Positions 1-10,291 are shown, counted from the first letter of the stretch. The stretch is 43,073 bases of DNA from Candidatus Moraniibacteriota bacterium (GCA_003507445.1 DNVR01000004.1:94243-137315), one strand, 5' to 3'. Notes: generated by a model not told the origin, from the sequence alone. Numbers and translations: made by a program.

Positions 1-1203
1 AATTATTTGAAAAGTAGGAATATGCAAAAACTCTGCAAGCACTGCCGAAATGTCAGGATGGAAAGAACTTCCCTCTTTGCCTAAGAAATATTCAAAATGT
101 TCAATAATCAAAACAACATTGCCCGCATAACTTGCCTCATAAAAAAGTCTGCGCAATGAATTTTCCACATCTTCGCCTTTGCTGACGGCGTCTGAAATCA
201 CTCGCCCCAAATCAAGCACGATCATTCTTTTGTTGGAAAGAATTCCCATCTCTTCATTGAAACGAACTTTTTTGGCCAAACAGTGAATCAATGTTTTTTT
301 GCCAATTCCAGCATTTCCAACCAAAAGTGCACAATTTTGATCAGGTCTTTCCAGTACAAGTTTCAAAACCTCATATTCATCCGCCCTGCCAACAAGATCA
401 GCCTTTGCATATTCGCTCCAATCATTTGTCGACAAATCCAAACCGTACCTGTCCAAGTGAACAGTATACGCATAGCGCCATTGCATTCCGATAGCGGGAA
501 TTTTTTTCAAATATTCCCAACGCCAGAATTTTGGCATATCATTTATGTTCTGCTGTCTTTTCAATTCAATCGAAGTAAGACGCAAATATTCTTTTTCAGT
601 CAAGTTTCTGGCTTTTAAAAATTCATTAAAAAGATCTTGGTTGCCAAAAATCTCCGTTGGAAAACGCTTGCGTCCGATGCCAAGCCGACCACAAATTCTT
701 TCGAAAACAGAGTGTCTTAGCAAATGCTGGAAATTCATAAGAAGCATTGGCGGTTTTGAATCCTGATAATACGAAAAAACTGTTCCAGCAATCCAGACAA
801 GCGCCAAACCAATTGAATAATAAAAATCTATTCCAAGATTAAAAGCATAAAAGAAAAAGAACACCAACGAAAGCGGAGCGCCAAGCCAGATGATATTAAT
901 CGCCAATCCGAAAACAAGCACCAGCAGAAAAAAAATCAGTCCTGCAGAAATAACAAAAGTGCGAACAATCGCACCTAAAAATCTTGAAACAATATTTTCA
1001 AAAAGAGCTGTCAGCATCTTGATCGGATGAATTCCCACCCAAGTGGAAAAAACCACATCGCGCCTCCACGGAGACAAGAGAGTTTTTGTAAGTTCGGATA
1101 TTGAAAAATGTTGCCAAGCAAAAAACAAAAAATTCTTCCAAATTTCCAAAAGATCACAAACCGCTTCATTATAATACCAATGTATAAAATTAGGCTTTTT
1201 CAT
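1..1203 (-). CDS. ClpA/ClpB-like AAA+ ATPase with N-terminal membrane region (partial, runs off window start)
   Basis: ATG at 1203, absent from the ORF track because it is truncated. Hand translation of two segments gives MKKPNFIHWYYNEAV... with hydrophobic stretches, then ...LVGRADEYEVLKLVLERPDQNCALLVGNAGIGKKT (Walker A) ...VLDLGRVIS...VVLIIEHF, resembling Clp NBD1. Confidence 0.75.
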   Translation of the reverse strand, partial: MKKPNFIHWYYNEAVCDLLEIWKNFLFFAWQHFSISELTKTLLSPWRRDVVFSTWVGIHPIKMLTALFENIVSRFLGAIVRTFVISAGLIFFLLVLVFGLAINIIWLGAPLSLVFFFFYAFNLGIDFYYSIGLALVWIAGTVFSYYQDSKPPMLLMNFQHLLRHSVFERICGRLGIGRKRFPTEIFGNQDLFNEFLKARNLTEKEYLRLTSIELKRQQNINDMPKFWRWEYLKKIPAIGMQWRYAYTVHLDRYGLDLSTNDWSEYAKADLVGRADEYEVLKLVLERPDQNCALLVGNAGIGKKTLIHCLAKKVRFNEEMGILSNKRMIVLDLGRVISDAVSKGEDVENSLRRLFYEASYAGNVVLIIEHFEYFLGKEGSSFHPDISAVLAEFLHIPTFQII

Positions 1204-1264
1204 TTGTTTATATTTTTGTATTTTTGTAGACCAATGCATTAAGTTTACACCATCAAAAAATGCT

Positions 1265-1292
1265 TTGCAAATACGAAAATAGTCGGTATAAT
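1265..1292 (+). promoter_or_regulatory. sigma70-type promoter, near-leaderless
   Basis: TTGCAA-16 nt-TATAAT ending 7 nt before ATG 1300; no SD. Confidence 0.5.
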
Positions 1293-1299
1293 TAAAAAT

Positions 1300-3084
1300 A
1301 TGAATAACAATAAAATGTCTTCCAAAGATTATCAAATATTTCTATTTAAAGTCCTTATTTGGCTAAGTTTAGCTTGGGGAAGTTTTGCCTTGGCACTTGT
1401 CGGTTTTTTCTATGCCTCCTTGGTTTGGACAATAGTTGCAATTGGCGGAATTTGGATCACAAGAAAAGCGACTTCCTTTGGCATATCATTTAAAATTTCC
1501 CGCGAATTATTTCTCACAAGCATAATTTTTATTCTTATTGCAACTTCTTTTTCCTTTTTTTCGCAGCCCTCTGTTTTCACAGGCAGAGATCAAGGTTCTT
1601 TCAGTGAAGCTGCAGCCAGACTTGCTCAAAATCACAAACTTGAATTTTCCACTCCCGCCTCCAATGAATTTTTCAAATTGCACGAGCCAGGACGCGCTCA
1701 AAATTTCCCCGGTTTTTATTATATTAAGGATGGCTCACTCATCACTCAATTTTCCCTTGTATACATTGCGTGGCTTGCTTTGTTTTTTGCTGTTTTTGGA
1801 ATAACTGGATTTCTTGTTGCAAATGCAGTTTTGTTTTTCACCTTCCTTCTTTCATTTTATATGACACTGCGATTATTTTTGAAAACATCTTCAGCGCTGC
1901 CAATAATGCTTTTGACTTCAACCTCATTTGTCTTTATGTGGTTTTCCAAATTCACTCTTAGTGAAAATATTGCGCTGCCGCTCGTGTGGCTGACAATTCT
2001 CTCATTGATGCTTTTTTTGAAAGACCAACGCAAATTATTTTATTTTGTTTTTCTTTTTTCATCTTTCCTTCTATGTTTTGCCAGAATTGAAGGGTTTGCT
2101 TTTCTTATTGCTTCAACTGCAATCATCTTGCTCAACAAAAATGCTCGCACATTCGTTAAGGAAAAAATATCATCCAGATTTTTTCTGCCAGCAATTGCTT
2201 TGTTTTTGATTTTTATCGCCAATGTATATGTTGATGCATTTTTTTACAAAGAAATTTTGAAAGCTATTTTGCCCACAGTAACATCGCCTCAAGCAAAATA
2301 TTTGGGAGAAATCAAAAACAGCATTCTGCCAGATTTTTACAGCTTGAAAGTATTTTATCTCTACGGTCTGCTTGGATTTTTTATTGTTGGCGGACTTGGA
2401 ACACTTTACGCTCTGTGGAAAAAAGAATTCTACAAACTCACTCCGTTTTTTATAATTCTTCCTACTTTTGTTTATTTTTTTGATTCTCAAATCACACCGG
2501 ATCATCCTTGGATGCTCAGACGCTTTATGTTTTCACTTCTCCCTTGCGCAATTTTTTATACAGGAATACTGCTCGGCAAATGGTTTGAAGGAAAAAATAT
2601 TAAAACCAAAACGCTGGCTGTTCTTATCAGCCTAGCACTATTTGCAATGAATCTGCCGGCATTTTTAAAATATCTTTCTTATTCTGAAAACAATGGTCTT
2701 CTTGCTCAAACTCAAACACTTAGCTCAAAATTTTCCGACAACGATTTAATTTTAATAGACCGCGAGGCAACAGGCGATGGCTGGTCAATGCTGGGAGGTC
2801 CGATGAATTATTTATTTAGCAAAAATGCTGTGTACTTTTTCAATAATCAAGACCTGTCAAAACTTGATACTGAAAATTTTTCCAATGTTTATTTGATTAC
2901 GCCCAACAAACAAGTGCCTTTTTATCTAAACAGCACAATTGGAAACAGATTGTCCGAAACAGATTCGTACACACTTACCACCACTAGGCTGGACGTTGAG
3001 CGTAGCAATAAGCTCGACAAAATTTCCCTCCCCGAAAAAAAAGAAATCTCAGTATCAGGAAAAATATTTAAAGTAAACAAATAA
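1300..3084 (+). CDS. Polytopic membrane protein, probable GT-C (ArnT/PMT-like) glycosyltransferase
   Basis: 594 aa with many TM segments, an acidic GRDQGSF motif in the first loop, TLSEN and ARIEG motifs, and a soluble C-terminal domain. Confidence 0.6.
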   Translation: MNNNKMSSKDYQIFLFKVLIWLSLAWGSFALALVGFFYASLVWTIVAIGGIWITRKATSFGISFKISRELFLTSIIFILIATSFSFFSQPSVFTGRDQGSFSEAAARLAQNHKLEFSTPASNEFFKLHEPGRAQNFPGFYYIKDGSLITQFSLVYIAWLALFFAVFGITGFLVANAVLFFTFLLSFYMTLRLFLKTSSALPIMLLTSTSFVFMWFSKFTLSENIALPLVWLTILSLMLFLKDQRKLFYFVFLFSSFLLCFARIEGFAFLIASTAIILLNKNARTFVKEKISSRFFLPAIALFLIFIANVYVDAFFYKEILKAILPTVTSPQAKYLGEIKNSILPDFYSLKVFYLYGLLGFFIVGGLGTLYALWKKEFYKLTPFFIILPTFVYFFDSQITPDHPWMLRRFMFSLLPCAIFYTGILLGKWFEGKNIKTKTLAVLISLALFAMNLPAFLKYLSYSENNGLLAQTQTLSSKFSDNDLILIDREATGDGWSMLGGPMNYLFSKNAVYFFNNQDLSKLDTENFSNVYLITPNKQVPFYLNSTIGNRLSETDSYTLTTTRLDVERSNKLDKISLPEKKEISVSGKIFKVNK

Positions 3085-3115
3085 GCCTCGTGCCATTCCA
3101 GACTCCCGCCCTGTC

Positions 3116-3152
3116 ATTTAAAATTTAAAACTTAAAATTTAAAATTTAAAAT
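3116..3152. repeat. TTTAAAA heptamer array (single arm)
   Basis: atttaaaatttaaaacttaaaatttaaaatttaaaat; same family as 16666, 27855 and 35315. Confidence 0.7.
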
Positions 3153-3164
3153 GTTATATTAACT

Positions 3165-4490
3165 ATGTTTGATCTTACTAAAAACGTCACACTAGAGCCA
3201 GCTTTGCAAAAAAGATATACCGTTCTGCGGGCGCTTCTTCATTTTGTTTTTTTAATAGCGATGTTTTTTATTTTGTATCGAATCCTGTTCCCTATTGTTC
3301 CTCTTAATTTTTCGATGAACACACCCAATTCAAACAAAAACACGCTGGTTTCCCCTCGCTTGAATCAAACCGGAGGATTTCCAGTTGAAAAATCAATCGG
3401 TTCAAACGAAACATTGATATTCAATGCAAATCCAATAGGTCAATTTTCCAAAGCAAACATCTCATTTACTTTAGAAAAAAATTCCAACAACATTGAAAAC
3501 ACTTTGGTAAAAATAAGCAAGTCATATCAAGCCTTCTTCTTTCCAATCGGCAAGCCTGCTGATTTCAAAGATGGAACATTGCTGACAACTTCGGCTGGAG
3601 AATATTACATTGTTTCTGATGGATTGCTGCGCAAATTTTCCAGCACCAATATCATTCTTGATCTTGGTTATCCCAAAAGCGCCTTTGTCGAAGTTTCGCA
3701 AGATGATTTGAAGCTGAACAAAACAGGAGACGAAATTACCAATGCCGAAAATTATCCCAACGATACGCTTTTTGTTATTGATGACAATTTTTATAGACTA
3801 AAAAATCAACAGCTTTCACCTTTTGTCAGCGCGCGAGCTTTTTTGACGCAATTTGATATGACATCGGCCATTGTTAAAGACAAAGATTTTCTTTCTCGTT
3901 ATCCCGTATCTGAAACATATTTGGGTTTTGCTGACGGAACGCTTGTTTCATCAGCTGAATCAGTTTTTATCTTGAGCGAAGAAAAAAGTTATCCTATCGA
4001 AAATGATGTAACATTTTTGGCAATGGGCTTTGCTTGGAACGATGTGATTGCAGTCACTTCCAATGAACTTGGAATATACAAAAAACAAAAGCAATTCACA
4101 CGCAATTCCGCCCACCCCAATGGAACAATTTTCATCGATCAAGAAACAAACAACCATTTTATCATCAAAGATGAAAAGAAAAGACCGATAAACAGTCCTG
4201 CCCTTGTAAAAACATACGCCAAACAAAAACCAATAACCGCCAGCACAGCGCAGGCCGCAAAAGAATCGGTATGCACACTTGAAAAGAAAATGCTGAGTTC
4301 AAACACATATCAGTGCGATGTGCCGCTTGAAGATTTGACACCGCTTACTGGTAATGATTATCAAATAAGCACAACCTTTTCCAAAAATGCAAAAGTAAAC
4401 ACAATCGACACGACATTTTCAACTCCGATGACATTTCATAGCCTTCGAAATTCCCTTTCCACTATAAAAAATAAACTGAAAAACAGATAA
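3165..4490 (+). CDS. Membrane-anchored extracellular hypothetical protein with internal repeats
   Basis: 441 aa, one N-terminal TM, about four degenerate repeats (DGTLL..YYIV..G..R.F; NDTLF; DGTLV; NGTIF). Confidence 0.7.
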   Translation: MFDLTKNVTLEPALQKRYTVLRALLHFVFLIAMFFILYRILFPIVPLNFSMNTPNSNKNTLVSPRLNQTGGFPVEKSIGSNETLIFNANPIGQFSKANISFTLEKNSNNIENTLVKISKSYQAFFFPIGKPADFKDGTLLTTSAGEYYIVSDGLLRKFSSTNIILDLGYPKSAFVEVSQDDLKLNKTGDEITNAENYPNDTLFVIDDNFYRLKNQQLSPFVSARAFLTQFDMTSAIVKDKDFLSRYPVSETYLGFADGTLVSSAESVFILSEEKSYPIENDVTFLAMGFAWNDVIAVTSNELGIYKKQKQFTRNSAHPNGTIFIDQETNNHFIIKDEKKRPINSPALVKTYAKQKPITASTAQAAKESVCTLEKKMLSSNTYQCDVPLEDLTPLTGNDYQISTTFSKNAKVNTIDTTFSTPMTFHSLRNSLSTIKNKLKNR

Positions 4491-4503
4491 CATTAAAAAA
4501 AAT

Positions 4504-4908
4504 ATGCGATTTAAAAAAATTACCCTCAGCAAGAATGCATTATTAATTTCATATAAACTCGCTTATGATCTTTTGTTGCTTTTGCTGCTCACATTTGCAG
4601 CAACACTTGCAGCGGAAGGATTACTCCCCGGACTTGTTTCAAGCAAAATAAGTTTCAGCAAAACAACCATCTCACTTTTCTTAGTGCTGGCGCTTATTGC
4701 ATATCTAGGCAAGAAACTTAACATTACGTATGACAAAATAAAAATCAGCAAAACGAAGTTTTTGCCGATGATCATCTTGTTTTCTTTTTTACTAATCGGA
4801 AGTTCGATGCTCAAATTCAGTCTTTGGGAAAACATCGCAATTGCGCTTATCACACTTTTTGTTTTCTTTTTGCTTTACGAAATCATCTTTTCTTCAGAAA
4901 ACGAATAG
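4504..4908 (+). CDS. Small 4-TM membrane protein, hypothetical
   Basis: 134 aa hydrophobic ORF starting 13 bp after the previous stop. Confidence 0.7.
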   Translation: MRFKKITLSKNALLISYKLAYDLLLLLLLTFAATLAAEGLLPGLVSSKISFSKTTISLFLVLALIAYLGKKLNITYDKIKISKTKFLPMIILFSFLLIGSSMLKFSLWENIAIALITLFVFFLLYEIIFSSENE

Positions 4909-4952
4909 AGAATTGTTTTGCCTGTTTTCTTGGTCACTATCTTTCAATTATA

Positions 4953-6077
4953 TCATACTTTTCTAATATTGTCAAGTGTCAGTTGCGCGCACTTTTCCCA
5001 AGAAAAATTTGCTGCGCGACTCTTCCCTTTCTGAATCATCGTTGCGCTCAAATCCTTATCTGTCAAAACACGCTCAAGGCAACCAGCAAGATCATCGCTA
5101 CTTTCAGTTTCAAAATATAAAGCCGCCTCTCCTCCAACTTCAGGCAGGCTAGAATTGTTTGCCAAAATAACCGGCGTGCCAGAAGCCATCGCTTCAAGCA
5201 CAGGAATACCAAAACCTTCATATAAAGATGGAAAAACAAAAGCCGCTGCGTTTTGATATAGCACTGGCAAATCAGAAAACGGAATTGTGCCTGTAACAAT
5301 AATGTCGCCGCTGAATTTACTTTGGGAAATTTTTTCCAAAGTGTCCTCATATTGCCAAGCCGGTGCTCCCGCAAAAACCAATTTAAGCTCGGTCCGCCAG
5401 CTGGCGGATTTTATTTTTTCAAATGCCTCAATCAAAACTCCCAGATTTTTTCGCGGTTGAATTGCACCGACATACAAGATATAATTTCCAATTTCCAATT
5501 TCCAATTTCCAAGAACCGCGCTGGACTCTTTTATTGATTTTTTTTGTGAAAACAACTCGGTGTCGAAACCATGATGAATGACTGTGATTTTTTCTGCAGA
5601 CACTTTGGGATAAAATTTTAAAATATCTTTCTTTGTCGACTGCGAAACTGCAATGATGCGATCAGCATTTTTAATCGCCAAATCACTAAGAATATTAAGC
5701 TTCGTCAAATCTTTTTTAGGAAAGTACTCAGGGAATATTTTAAATGCCAAATCATGAATCGTCACAACCACTTTGAGATTTTTTCTCCTTACAATTGGCG
5801 CATTATGCACGGCCATCCAAAGCACATCCGGTTTGTCAAAAAGCAATTTCCAAGCAAAACAAGTTTGCGTCCAAAGAAATGGAAATGAAAGTTTTTTAAC
5901 CGCATAATTTGGAAATGTTGGCGGAGTGAGCCGTGGATTAAAATCGCCTCGATGATAAAGCTCAAAAACGTCTTTTTTGTCCAAAATTCCGAAGTTTTTC
6001 AGCATATTATAAAGGTATACCCTTGTTCCATCAATGCGTTTGTGATCAAGGTCGGCGCAGTGTATTGCTATTTTCAT
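4953..6077 (-). CDS. Glycosyltransferase family 4 (GT-B)
   Basis: TIHDL, IIAVSQST, YVGAIQPRKN, FVFPSLYEGFGIPVLEAMASG (EX7E). Confidence 0.95.
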   Translation of the reverse strand: MKIAIHCADLDHKRIDGTRVYLYNMLKNFGILDKKDVFELYHRGDFNPRLTPPTFPNYAVKKLSFPFLWTQTCFAWKLLFDKPDVLWMAVHNAPIVRRKNLKVVVTIHDLAFKIFPEYFPKKDLTKLNILSDLAIKNADRIIAVSQSTKKDILKFYPKVSAEKITVIHHGFDTELFSQKKSIKESSAVLGNWKLEIGNYILYVGAIQPRKNLGVLIEAFEKIKSASWRTELKLVFAGAPAWQYEDTLEKISQSKFSGDIIVTGTIPFSDLPVLYQNAAAFVFPSLYEGFGIPVLEAMASGTPVILANNSSLPEVGGEAALYFETESSDDLAGCLERVLTDKDLSATMIQKGKSRAANFSWEKCAQLTLDNIRKV

Positions 6078-6334
6078 AAATATGTGTTATCCTATAAATC
6101 CGTGCTGGCACGGCAGTTTATTTTCCTGATAATTATCGCTTTTTTCATTATATCAGCTCTGTCTTAAAAACCAAAGTTAAAATGAAACAAAAATGTTTTT
6201 ATTCAGTATTATAAATTGAAGTCCAAGAGTTGTCACGAGTGACGCGTTGGACATTTCCAAAAAACGATCCCGCAAGGACCTGTTTTTTGTTAAAATAAAA
6301 GGTATCGTGGCGAAACTGAAAGGAGAAAGCCCAC

Positions 6335-6868
6335 GTGAAAGGATGGATATGCGCGCTTTTTATAATATTAGCGTGCGCACAGCCTACTTCCTCGCGAGCG
6401 TACTTCAAGTACGTTCCACCACAGCCGCCTGCCAAGCGGTACAAAGTTGTAAAAACCCTTACGGCTGTAGTGACTCGCTACATCAAGCCCAAAAGGGAAG
6501 ATTACAAATCAAGAAGCGCTTATCTGGAAGCCATAAGGATAAATGGCAAAGGAAAAGAGACCAGATTTGGAACAAAGCCAGAGGCAAATGTTACCATCGC
6601 TGCGTATGTCAATCTTTCAAAAAAAGTTTCAAAACGAGGAACATTCCAGCGAGGAACAATCATCAGGATTCGAGGTGATGGAATAAACATTACCGGCAAA
6701 GTTGATGATCGTTGCGCCGCAGCGGAAGAGCTCTGGAAAAAAGAAAAAGCTGTACAATTCGATGTATTTTCGAAAATGTCCCAGAAACAAGCAGACAACT
6801 GGGGCAAGCGCAAAATGACCGTAGAAATCCTAGGAGAAGTCTCCGATACGACAGTCGCTATGCGCTAA
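6335..6868 (+). CDS. Secreted 3D-domain-like (cell-wall) protein
   Basis: Signal-like N-terminus; TRY, TRFG, TIAA, GTIIRI, VDDR, FDVF and ADNWGKR pattern resembles a 3D domain. GTG start after GGAG. Confidence 0.55.
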   Translation: MKGWICALFIILACAQPTSSRAYFKYVPPQPPAKRYKVVKTLTAVVTRYIKPKREDYKSRSAYLEAIRINGKGKETRFGTKPEANVTIAAYVNLSKKVSKRGTFQRGTIIRIRGDGINITGKVDDRCAAAEELWKKEKAVQFDVFSKMSQKQADNWGKRKMTVEILGEVSDTTVAMR

Positions 6869-6891
6869 AAAAACGGCACGGTACCTACCAA

Positions 6892-6921
6892 AAAAGGGCA
6901 ACGAAACATCGTTGCCCTTTA
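6892..6921. terminator. Bidirectional intrinsic terminator
   Basis: aaagggcaacga aaca tcgttgcccttt between convergent genes. Confidence 0.75.
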
Positions 6922-6950
6922 AAAATTTTTATTTTTCAAACGTATGAAGA

Positions 6951-7670
6951 CTATTTATTTAATCCCAAACTAACGAGCAATTCTTCCAGCTCTGCTCCTT
7001 GAATTTTGCGTTGTTGTCCTGAGCCAAGTGTGCCCATTTTTATACTCATAACTCGGATGCGTTTCAAATCAACCACTTCCCAACCAAGATTTGTGCACAT
7101 ACGACGAATTTGATGTTTTTTTCCTTCAGTCAAAGTAATGTGAAAAGTTGTTTCATCTTTTTGCACGACAACAGCAGGTTTGGTTTTGAAATCCTCCAAT
7201 TGCACACCTTGGCGCATAACCTTAAGAAAAATATTCGTGATTGGCTTGTTGACTTCAACGACATATTCCTTCTCGTGATTATATTCAGGATTAAGCATCT
7301 TATCATTGATGCGTCCGTCATTTGTAAGAATAATAAGCCCGCGAGAATTTTTGTCCAAACGTCCAACTGGAAAAACATCGTCTGCTGAATATGTGATGTC
7401 CTTGATGCTTTTTTGACCATCTTTCGGCGAATTAGTCACGATTCCTCGCGGTTTGTTGAAAGCAAAATAAACATATTTTTTCATCACACTGGCATCTTTC
7501 GCATTAACCGTCACTTTGTCAGTTTCATTAACCTTGTCCCCTATTTTGGCCTTTTTGCCATTAACCAAAACAACACCTTTTTCAATCAAGGCGTCTGCTT
7601 CCCTGCGCGAACAATAATTATTCAGCGCCAGATATCGATTTATTCGTATTGGATATATTATTTCTTCCAT
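6951..7670 (-). CDS. rRNA pseudouridine synthase, RsuA/RluB/RluF family
   Basis: S4 domain RINRYLA..CSRREAD, FNKPRG, VGRLDKNSRGL, LTEGKKHQIRRM. Confidence 0.93.
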   Translation of the reverse strand: MEEIIYPIRINRYLALNNYCSRREADALIEKGVVLVNGKKAKIGDKVNETDKVTVNAKDASVMKKYVYFAFNKPRGIVTNSPKDGQKSIKDITYSADDVFPVGRLDKNSRGLIILTNDGRINDKMLNPEYNHEKEYVVEVNKPITNIFLKVMRQGVQLEDFKTKPAVVVQKDETTFHITLTEGKKHQIRRMCTNLGWEVVDLKRIRVMSIKMGTLGSGQQRKIQGAELEELLVSLGLNK

Positions 7671-7678
7671 ATCGAAGT

Positions 7679-7707
7679 ATTATAAAAGCAAATCAACCCA
7701 AAGTCAA
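7679..7707 (-). promoter_or_regulatory. sigma70-type promoter, near-leaderless
   Basis: TTGACT-17 nt-TATAAT ending 8 nt before ATG 7670. Confidence 0.65.
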
Positions 7708-7871
7708 GCAAAGCGAAAAAATATGAAAAGTTTTATTTTAAAGCCTTAATATTATTGATGGTTGAAAATAGTTTTTGTAACCACTTTGGCCAAACTCATG
7801 CTGGGATTTTGGAGAATTGAGATAGTGTGCAAGATAAAAGCGAAAGAAATGAGGCTTTATTAATCAAATAA

Positions 7872-7907
7872 AAAAGGATGTTTGCAATTTCTTGCGAACA
7901 TCCTTTT
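7872..7907 (-). terminator. Intrinsic terminator of the two-gene islet
   Basis: aaaaggatgtttgcaa tttc ttgcgaacatcctttt; U-tract on the minus strand. Confidence 0.75.
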
Positions 7908-7927
7908 CTTTAGGCTGTTTTCAGCTG

Positions 7928-8812
7928 CTATGCGTTTGCTGCTGCCCGACGGTTCCTTGTCTCTGCCGGATCCCAGCCAAAGCCTTTGGCAAAATCTGCG
8001 AGTTCACGGCGACCAGGTTTGCTTTTTATGAGAAGGAAGGAACAAAGCATCTTGTCCATTTCTTCCCATTCAGTAGCGCTTGCCCCCATGAGAAATTCGA
8101 GAGCTCGGCCTGGATCTTTTTCGAAAAGATCAGGAAATACACGCTTGCGGAAATCCCAATCAGCTTCGTTTTCGCTGCGACGGGTAAGGCCGTATTCCTT
8201 GAGACGCATCGTTAGGCTTTCTCCCGAAAACATAAAGCCTGTCGAGGAGAGACCCTGCGGTATGCTGTCGCCAGTAGCGATCTGTTTGGCTTTTTCGAGC
8301 ATCGGCTCGATGGAACCCCGATCTCTTTCGAAGAGGCGATCGTTGAGGAGGTAGTGACCCGGTCCCTTTTTCCAGACGACCGTTTTGCACTGCCTTCCCT
8401 GGACATAGTCCATTTCGATCACTACATCTCCGCATCTCGGAGGCAGGGAAATGAAGCGGTCGGCCTCATCCTCAGTCATCTTGGTGGATTTGTCGAAGTG
8501 CAGGAAGCCTAGTCCGGCGGGACGCGAGAGTTCGAATGAAGCGATCACGATTGCCCTAAGCACTGCTTTTTCAGTACCGGCATCTCCATTGATATGGATG
8601 CTGGTTCTGCCGTCGATCTTTTCGTATGTCAGTAATTCTTTTACGGAGCCGAGGCGGAGAGCTTCTTCGGCGGCGGCGTATGCTTTCCTGGGATTTTTGA
8701 TCCCCCTGAAGGACATTGCCGGCCTGCGGTTGCGACTTTTCTGCCACTGACCATGTGCAACAATCTGAGCTGCGGAACCATTCGAATGAGTAAATACTGT
8801 TCTCTTTTTCAT
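7928..8812 (-). CDS. Hypothetical protein, GC-rich and probably foreign
   Basis: 294 aa, SD AAAGGAG, visibly higher GC than neighbours; contains SRPAGLGFLH..MT..EA..DYVQGR..K..LFERDRG. Confidence 0.75.
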   Translation of the reverse strand: MKKRTVFTHSNGSAAQIVAHGQWQKSRNRRPAMSFRGIKNPRKAYAAAEEALRLGSVKELLTYEKIDGRTSIHINGDAGTEKAVLRAIVIASFELSRPAGLGFLHFDKSTKMTEDEADRFISLPPRCGDVVIEMDYVQGRQCKTVVWKKGPGHYLLNDRLFERDRGSIEPMLEKAKQIATGDSIPQGLSSTGFMFSGESLTMRLKEYGLTRRSENEADWDFRKRVFPDLFEKDPGRALEFLMGASATEWEEMDKMLCSFLLIKSKPGRRELADFAKGFGWDPAETRNRRAAANA

Positions 8813-8849
8813 CGTTTACTTCTCCTTTCGTTGTGAGGTTGGAATGCGC

Positions 8850-9713
8850 TTACTTGCCGTAGGAAAATTGGATGCCTTGAATTTCTTCATCAGTTGTGGA
8901 GCGAACCACTAAGCCTCTTTGAAAATCAACGTCTCTGAATGAAGCACGACAGTGGACCTGAGCATTGGGCATGACTTCTTCGTAGGTACAATAGCCATTT
9001 GAAAAGTCAAACCTCTGAACCGGAGTATCCCATACCTGAGCATATCTCCATGTCTTACCACTATCTCTAGTGTACTTCACAATCTTACCGCGAAACTGCT
9101 CCAGACCTGCTATGTTGTAAATATCAGCACCGTTAGGTTTGGACTCTTGATGACCCCTTGCCTCAAGGATGATATTGTCCAACGCAAACTTGTTGCAGCC
9201 TTCCGTCGGAGACTGTTTACCGTGGAACTCATGAAAGTCACGCGTAAGTCTCTTCCATTCAGCTTTTGCGGTTTCATACGACAGCTCTTCATTTCTTGTC
9301 TTTGCGACAGAATCTGGAAGGATTAGATTTCCGATGCGATGCAGAGCATAGATCGGACCGAACTCTCCCTGGCTGTTTCGTACCAGTTCTTTGTAAACCG
9401 TAGCATCAAGTCGTTTCAGTAACTCAGGTATTTTTTCTTCCCAAGAACCGCAACCACTTCCCCAGCAGTTCCACTTTCCCCAGGGGGTGTGAATGCTGCC
9501 AGGTTGTCCGTAATACAGTTCAAGGAACAAGCCGGAGCTGGTCTGCGAACAGTAGGGATTAACCCCTTCAGCTCTCCTGTCCTCCAGCCAGATGCCATCA
9601 ACACCAGAAACTTCGGGAGATGCGTATTCGTAGACGAGGTCGGCGATTGCCCTTGCCGCCATGTACAACTGAAAACTACTTACCTGATTGTCTTTCGTGA
9701 TAATCGCGCCCAT
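8850..9713 (-). CDS. Hypothetical protein, probably foreign
   Basis: 287 aa, SD AAAGGAG, upstream TTGACA/TATCAT promoter at about 9826-9854. Confidence 0.75.
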   Translation of the reverse strand: MGAIITKDNQVSSFQLYMAARAIADLVYEYASPEVSGVDGIWLEDRRAEGVNPYCSQTSSGLFLELYYGQPGSIHTPWGKWNCWGSGCGSWEEKIPELLKRLDATVYKELVRNSQGEFGPIYALHRIGNLILPDSVAKTRNEELSYETAKAEWKRLTRDFHEFHGKQSPTEGCNKFALDNIILEARGHQESKPNGADIYNIAGLEQFRGKIVKYTRDSGKTWRYAQVWDTPVQRFDFSNGYCTYEEVMPNAQVHCRASFRDVDFQRGLVVRSTTDEEIQGIQFSYGK

Positions 9714-10066
9714 TGTATTCTCCTTTGCAAGTCGTTTTCAATCTATGAAGCTGGCTTTCTTTTCTGTATGGAAAATAGTTTTTACCAACTATTGAAATTC
9801 TTCAGTTTTTAAATAACAACGTTCAATGATAGCATGTTTCTTATGTTTTGTCAATATTTTAAGCTGTAATTAGAGATATAATAAAAAGGCTTTATTCTGG
9901 CCTTTATTTTATAAAAATGTATTACTTTTTAGTAAATCGAAAACAAATCAATTTCTCTTTTTTTATTTTATAATAATTGAAGAAAAAAAATCACTAAAAA
10001 TATTCGAGCTGTCTTAAAGACTTTCACAAAAGGAAAAAGATTTTTCACTCCTTCGTATCCTGATTT

Positions 10067-10231
10067 GTTGGAGTGCTAGGATTTCCGCGTCGATTGTTCG
10101 TCGACACTCACAATCTCCTTGCACGCGGTGGCGCTGGATGCTCCTGTGATCGCATCCATCGGCGTTCGTTGCGAAAATTTCCTGCTGAAAATTTTCTAAC
10201 TCACTGCCACCGGTTCGAATTCTAGCATCAA
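10067..10231. repeat. Structured element bounded by a direct and an inverted copy of the tRNA-Gln 3' part
   Basis: 10067-10083 is identical to 10291-10307; 10212-10227 is an inverted T-arm copy with one mismatch; several internal hairpins. Confidence 0.7.
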
Positions 10232-10236
10232 TAAAT

Positions 10237-10286
10237 AAATTCAAAAAACAGTCTTCTTTTTTTAGATGACTGTTTTTTTTGAATTT
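10237..10286 (-). terminator. Hairpin/terminator after tRNA-Gln
   Basis: aaattcaaaaaacagtc ... gactgttttttttgaattt. Confidence 0.55.
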
Positions 10287-10291
10287 GTCAG

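Noticed and set aside
6247..6678. 143-aa alternative-frame ORF
   Set aside because: It overlaps 6335..6868, which has an SD, a signal-like N-terminus and a domain-like pattern.
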